From the NCBI GenBank assembly GCA_028534125.1, contig CM052816.1, forward strand, positions 95,110,001 to 95,174,000: a DNA stretch of 64,000 nt. The letters are read 5' to 3'. The notes below the pieces were generated by a model. That model had not been told where the DNA came from. It was given only the letters and a program-made list of their open reading frames with translations, and ran no database searches. Below, piece by piece: positions 59,927 through 64,000 of this stretch. How positions within the stretch are numbered: the first letter of the stretch is position 1; each line of letters starts with the position of its first letter. Position numbers and translations under genes: made by a program. Origin of the DNA: Lama glama (lineage: Eukaryota).

Positions 59927-61630
59927 CCGGCGAGGACCCGGCGCCCTCACCAGCCGTGCCTCAGTACCCCGACACTCGGTAGTTCCCCGGCAAAGAAAAC
60001 TGGAATTTTCTTCAAAACGTTGCTCCATTGGGAAATCTAAGTCAAAACAAAGTGCCCCTTCCTTTGCCTTAAATGTCCATATCTAAATCAGAATCAGGCC
60101 CCAACCCTTGTTTCCAGGGAGTCCTGGCTGGTGTCCTTTGAGGATCATTGTGACCCTGCACGTGCCACTAGCAGAACTTGGAAAGACCTGCGTGAAATGA
60201 AGTTGTTCAGAGTTTAGCTTCAGTTCTGGTTCATCAGTTGCCCTGCCAGTGGTCTCAAAAACAGGCAGGCTCAAATTTGGGAGGGTTAGAATGAGGTCAG
60301 GGGAAAGCTCAGTCATCTCATGCTTTTTAGTAAAAGGACCTCGTGGGGAGAGAGGTGAAGGCATTAATCACAGAAAGTCTGAGTGGGGAAGACTTTTGAA
60401 ACAGGCAACAGCATCCCTGAACCTCCCTCCCTTGTGTGACGAGGGATCACAGCACAGGGTGACGACAGGTACTCCGGGGAAAGCCAAAGAAAAGCTCCCA
60501 GCTTTGAAACGGCTCTTTTATTCCAGGAGTCCTCTTGCTGAAAAATTTGCCCAAAGGGAGGACTGCCAGAATGAGATCTCTCAGTGCGGGTCCCAAGTCC
60601 CGCACTGCCCTGCCATCCAGACAGACTTGCCGGGAAATCACGGCAAACCTGCATTTTTCAGTCATCACCTCTAGAGCTGCCTTGGAGTTCTGGGAGTGAT
60701 CGCTGACCAGGTGGAGGAGTAGACACACTGCCAGTTCTGGAACCCGAGAGCAAGAGCGCTGAGCGTTTATGGAAAGACAGGTGAAAATCCACCCTTTGTC
60801 TCCCTAGGGAAAAGCAGAAACACCGCATACCATTTGAAAGCATATTTGTCTGTCAGTCCGAGTGTCTGGAATTCCCCCTGCCCGAGGGCACACTTGCCTG
60901 CGCCCACTGTCATTTGGGCACCACAGCTGTCCTGCGCGCTCTGCCTGTGCTTCCTGCCCAGAGCCGCACTAGACTGCTCGCCGGCTCACGGCTATCCAGT
61001 GCCCGGCTATTCTGAAAAGCCAAAGGGCTCTTTTACTCAAATGTTCAAATCGCCCAGAACAGGTGCTTTGGGAGAGGGTACGGCCCAACTGTCCAGCTCA
61101 CCAGCATGGCGTTTGCCGCAGGTCGGCAGTGTGAGCAGCCCGCACCTAGCTGACCCACCTCGTGCCCTTCCCTGTGGGCAAAGCCGGCACTGCTTCATAT
61201 TCTAAAGATGAGGTTTGATTTCCCATCTCCTTGACTTGAAGAAGCTCGGGTCTCACCCTCAAGGCACCGTGTAGTCACACCCTGTATTTCTTAATTGCTG
61301 AGATATTGCTGTAGACGGAGGCTGGCTTTTGGTGATGCAAACTGGGTGGGCAGCCGGCATCTCAGAAGGATGCTGAGAGAGGGCGGCGCTAGGTCAGGTC
61401 TGCGGACTGTTGCACCCTCCGCTGCAGAGGTGAAGACGCATCCTTGACACTCTTCAGTGTTGCAGCCAGGAGCGCCGTGCTGTTTCCCAAGGTGCATTTT
61501 TCATGTCCCTTCAGCTACATCTGGTGTGTGTCTAGCTCACTAGAAAGCAAAATGTTCTCCTGAATGAGTTTGTCAGTCATTAACTTCAAGAATAATAATG
61601 ATTATAATAAAGCTCCTGCATTTCTTCTCA
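59927..61630 (+). other. DAP: DAP 3' UTR (~1.7 kb; end approximate)
   Basis: Stretch with no recognisable repeats, running from the stop codon to an AATAAA followed by a GU/U-rich element. Confidence 0.75.
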
Positions 61631-61650
61631 TGGTTTGTTTCTTCTTATAT
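61606..61650 (+). terminator. Polyadenylation signal AATAAA (61606-61611) with downstream GU/U-rich element
   Basis: ataATAAAgctcctgcatttcttctCA then tggtttgtttcttctt. The CA at ~61629-61630 is a plausible cleavage site about 18 nt after the hexamer. Confidence 0.8.
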
Positions 61651-62399
61651 TTCAGAGTTTCTCCTCATTTCACTAGGGTTGCCAGATGCTTTCAGTAGAA
61701 ATATGAACATGCAAAAATGAGGCGTATTTTCACAAATTGTTTCCCAGACACAAAGCCGAACTATTGGACACCTGGCACCTCGAGTCTAATCGTCTGCTAT
61801 CAAATGTCACAACATGGAGACGCTTAATGCAGGTGATTAAAATGTAGTCCTTGGGCCCAGCAGCTGGCCCTGCGCTGGGAAGGCCCCCGGGAGCAGACTA
61901 AGACGGCGTTGTTACTCGGAAGCCCAGGGTGGCTGCGAGCAGCGTCTGATGAATAGGACACTCATCCAATTTACCCAAAGTGCTCCTGTAACCCTTATGA
62001 GCAGAATGAGGAAATAATCTCAATTATCAAGTCTCGAGATCCAGAATCAGACCACAGATTTGAACTGGGAGGGCCCCCTGAGGTGTGCTCACCCCAGGAG
62101 GACCTGGTGCAGCCCTGGGGCTTTGAGCAGAGCGGGGGTCCAGGTGTGGCCGGAAACTGCGTGTCTCAACAACCCTGGCCCTTCCTTAGCCCTTGGTGTC
62201 ACCTCCGGATGCTACTGTTGGTACTCATGTATCCATCTCCATTGAGGACAGAATGAGGATCTTGCTCACTTAATGCCACCTGGTAGAGATTCATCCTCGG
62301 TACATTAATGCTGGTGAATAGAAATGCTAAAGATGCAAAAAACATGGAGCAGAACTGCCGCCCAGGGCTCCCCCATTGTTACTAACGTCGCTGTCACCT

Positions 62400-62853
62400 G
62401 CACAAGTCTCCTACTGCTGCCACAGCAGAACACCACTCATGGGGTGGCTTAAAACAAGGGAGATGTGTTACCTCATGGCTCCAGAGTCTAGAGGTTCACA
62501 GTGACGGTATCGGCAGGGCCATGCACCCTCGAGGGCCCAAGGTGATAGTCATTCTCTGCTTCTTCCTGCTTTTGGCAGCTGCGGGCAGTGCTCAGAGACC
62601 TCTGGTTTCTTGCAACATAAATCCAGTCTCTGCTTCTGTTGTTACATGCTCGCCTTCCTGCGTATCTGTGTCCAAATCTCCTCTTCTTGTAAGGACAACA
62701 GTCATTAGACTAGGGTCCACCCAGATCCAGCATGACCTCATCCTAATGAATTAAATCTGCAAGGACCCTCTTTCCAAATCAGTTCATATGAAGAGATATT
62801 AGGGCTTAGGACTTGAGCATATCTTCTTGGGGGACACTCTTCAACCCAGGACA
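62400..62853 (-). mobile_element. MLT1C/D-like solo LTR
   Basis: ggggtggcttaaaacaa...tgtgtccaaatctcctcttcttgtaaggac...tgcaaggaccct...gggacactcttcaacccaggaca. Confidence 0.85.
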
Positions 62854-63264
62854 TCAACCAGATACTGAAAATTCAGAAACCTCACTCCCAGGTCACACCA
62901 TTTGAATGGCTGTTCATATGGTAAATTGCTTTTCTGAGTAAACTTTACCGTGACAGCACTTCACCCACCGCAGATTTTATAACAGTGCTGCTGACCACGG
63001 AGCGGTGAAAACCTGTGTGCAGTGGGGCAGGGAGGAGAGTGAGGCAGAGGTGTGAAGAGATGGGTGTCTGCGGGCTGCAGGGGGCCGTCCACCCTCCGGT
63101 TCCAGGAGGTCCCAATTGCGCTTATCCTCAGGTCCGAGTCAAGTGTTTCTAGAGCCCACATCTTGTCTTCTGTAAGACTGCTCCATGGGCAGTGGTCATC
63201 CCATTTTACAGAGGGGAAGACTGAAGCTCGGTGCCCAGGGACAAAAGTCACTGTTAGCAAAGGT

Positions 63265-64000
63265 TCGTCCAGGGAAGATGTACAAGTGGCCAATAAGCAC
63301 CTGAGAAGATGCTTGATATCACACATCCCCAGAGACATGCCAATCAAAATCCCAGTGAGATACCACTTCACACCCACAAAGGCAACTAGAATCAAAAAGT
63401 CAAATAATAAGCAGCGTTGATGGGCACGGGGAGAAATCCAAACCCTCAGACAGTGCCTCATGCAGAGAATGTAAAATGGGGCAGCCACTGGGGAAACAGT
63501 TTGGTCGCTCCTCAAACAATTAAACAGAGAGTTCTCACATGACCCAGAACATCTATTCCTAGCCATCTACTTGAAAGAAATGAAAGCATGTCTATACAAA
63601 AACTTGTACACAGATGTTTAGGGCAGCATTATACTTGATAGCCAAAAAGTAGAAACAACCCAAAGATGTCCATCCATCAAAGAAAGAATAAACAAAATAC
63701 ATATGCACACACAAAATGTGATACAATGGGATATTATTTGGCCATTAAAAGGAATGCAGCACTAATATATAGTACAACACGAATGAACCTGGAAAACATG
63801 CTCAGCGAATTAAGCCAGCCATGAAAAGACCACATATTATATGATTCCATTTATATGAAATGTCCAGAATAGGGAAATATCTAGAGGCAATGGCTATTCA
63901 GGACTGGTGGGGGGGCAGGGAGGGTGGGGGGTGACAGCTAAAGGAAAGAGGGTATCTTTTTGAGATGATGGAATGTTCTAAAATCAACTGAGAGGATGCT
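63265..64000 (+). mobile_element. L1M (L1MB/ME-like) 3' region, running off the window end
   Basis: gaagatgtacaagtggccaataagcac...gataccacttcacaccca...gcagcattatacttgatagccaaaaagtagaaacaacc...atgattccatttatatgaaatgtccagaatagg. Confidence 0.88.

Noticed and set aside
62961..63566. 201-aa hydrophobic ORF on the - strand
   Set aside because: Largely an antisense translation of L1M and MIR relic sequence.
1..64000. A second host gene, snoRNA/miRNA gene or novel multi-component system
   Set aside because: No further spliced ORF, C/D or H/ACA box structure, or convincing pre-miRNA hairpin was seen by eye. An Infernal/Rfam scan and RNA-seq would be needed to exclude them formally.

Overview
Mammalian genomic DNA, most likely camelid, inferred from Vic-1-like tRNA-Ala-derived SINEs and no obvious Alu/B1/Bov-A/PRE1 elements. 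It contains one complete protein-coding gene on the + strand: DAP (death-associated protein 1, DAP1). The four coding exons are 6426-6480, 17546-17642, 58220-58262 and 59813-59926, all introns are GT-AG, and the 309-nt CDS gives 102 aa: [102 protein letters not shown]. The gene has a CpG-island promoter (~5850-6700), a ~40.6 kb intron 2 and a ~1.7 kb 3'UTR ending near AATAAA at 61606. The rest is intronic or flanking DNA rich in L1, L2, MIR, MLT1/ERV LTRs, hAT-Charlie relics and microsatellites, with three N-gaps. Almost all ORFs in the supplied track are spurious. I find no evidence of a wholly new biological system. The best leads are a dual-frame last exon reached by skipping exon 3, a 5x CAGA-box-like minisatellite inside a MER58 element, a consensus CTCF site next to the exon 2 acceptor, an AAGTCA/TAATC motif cluster in intron 2, and a substitution next to the mTOR site Ser3. 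Repeat family names and cross-species comparisons come from recalled consensus sequences, not from database searches, and repeat boundaries are approximate unless a TSD is given.
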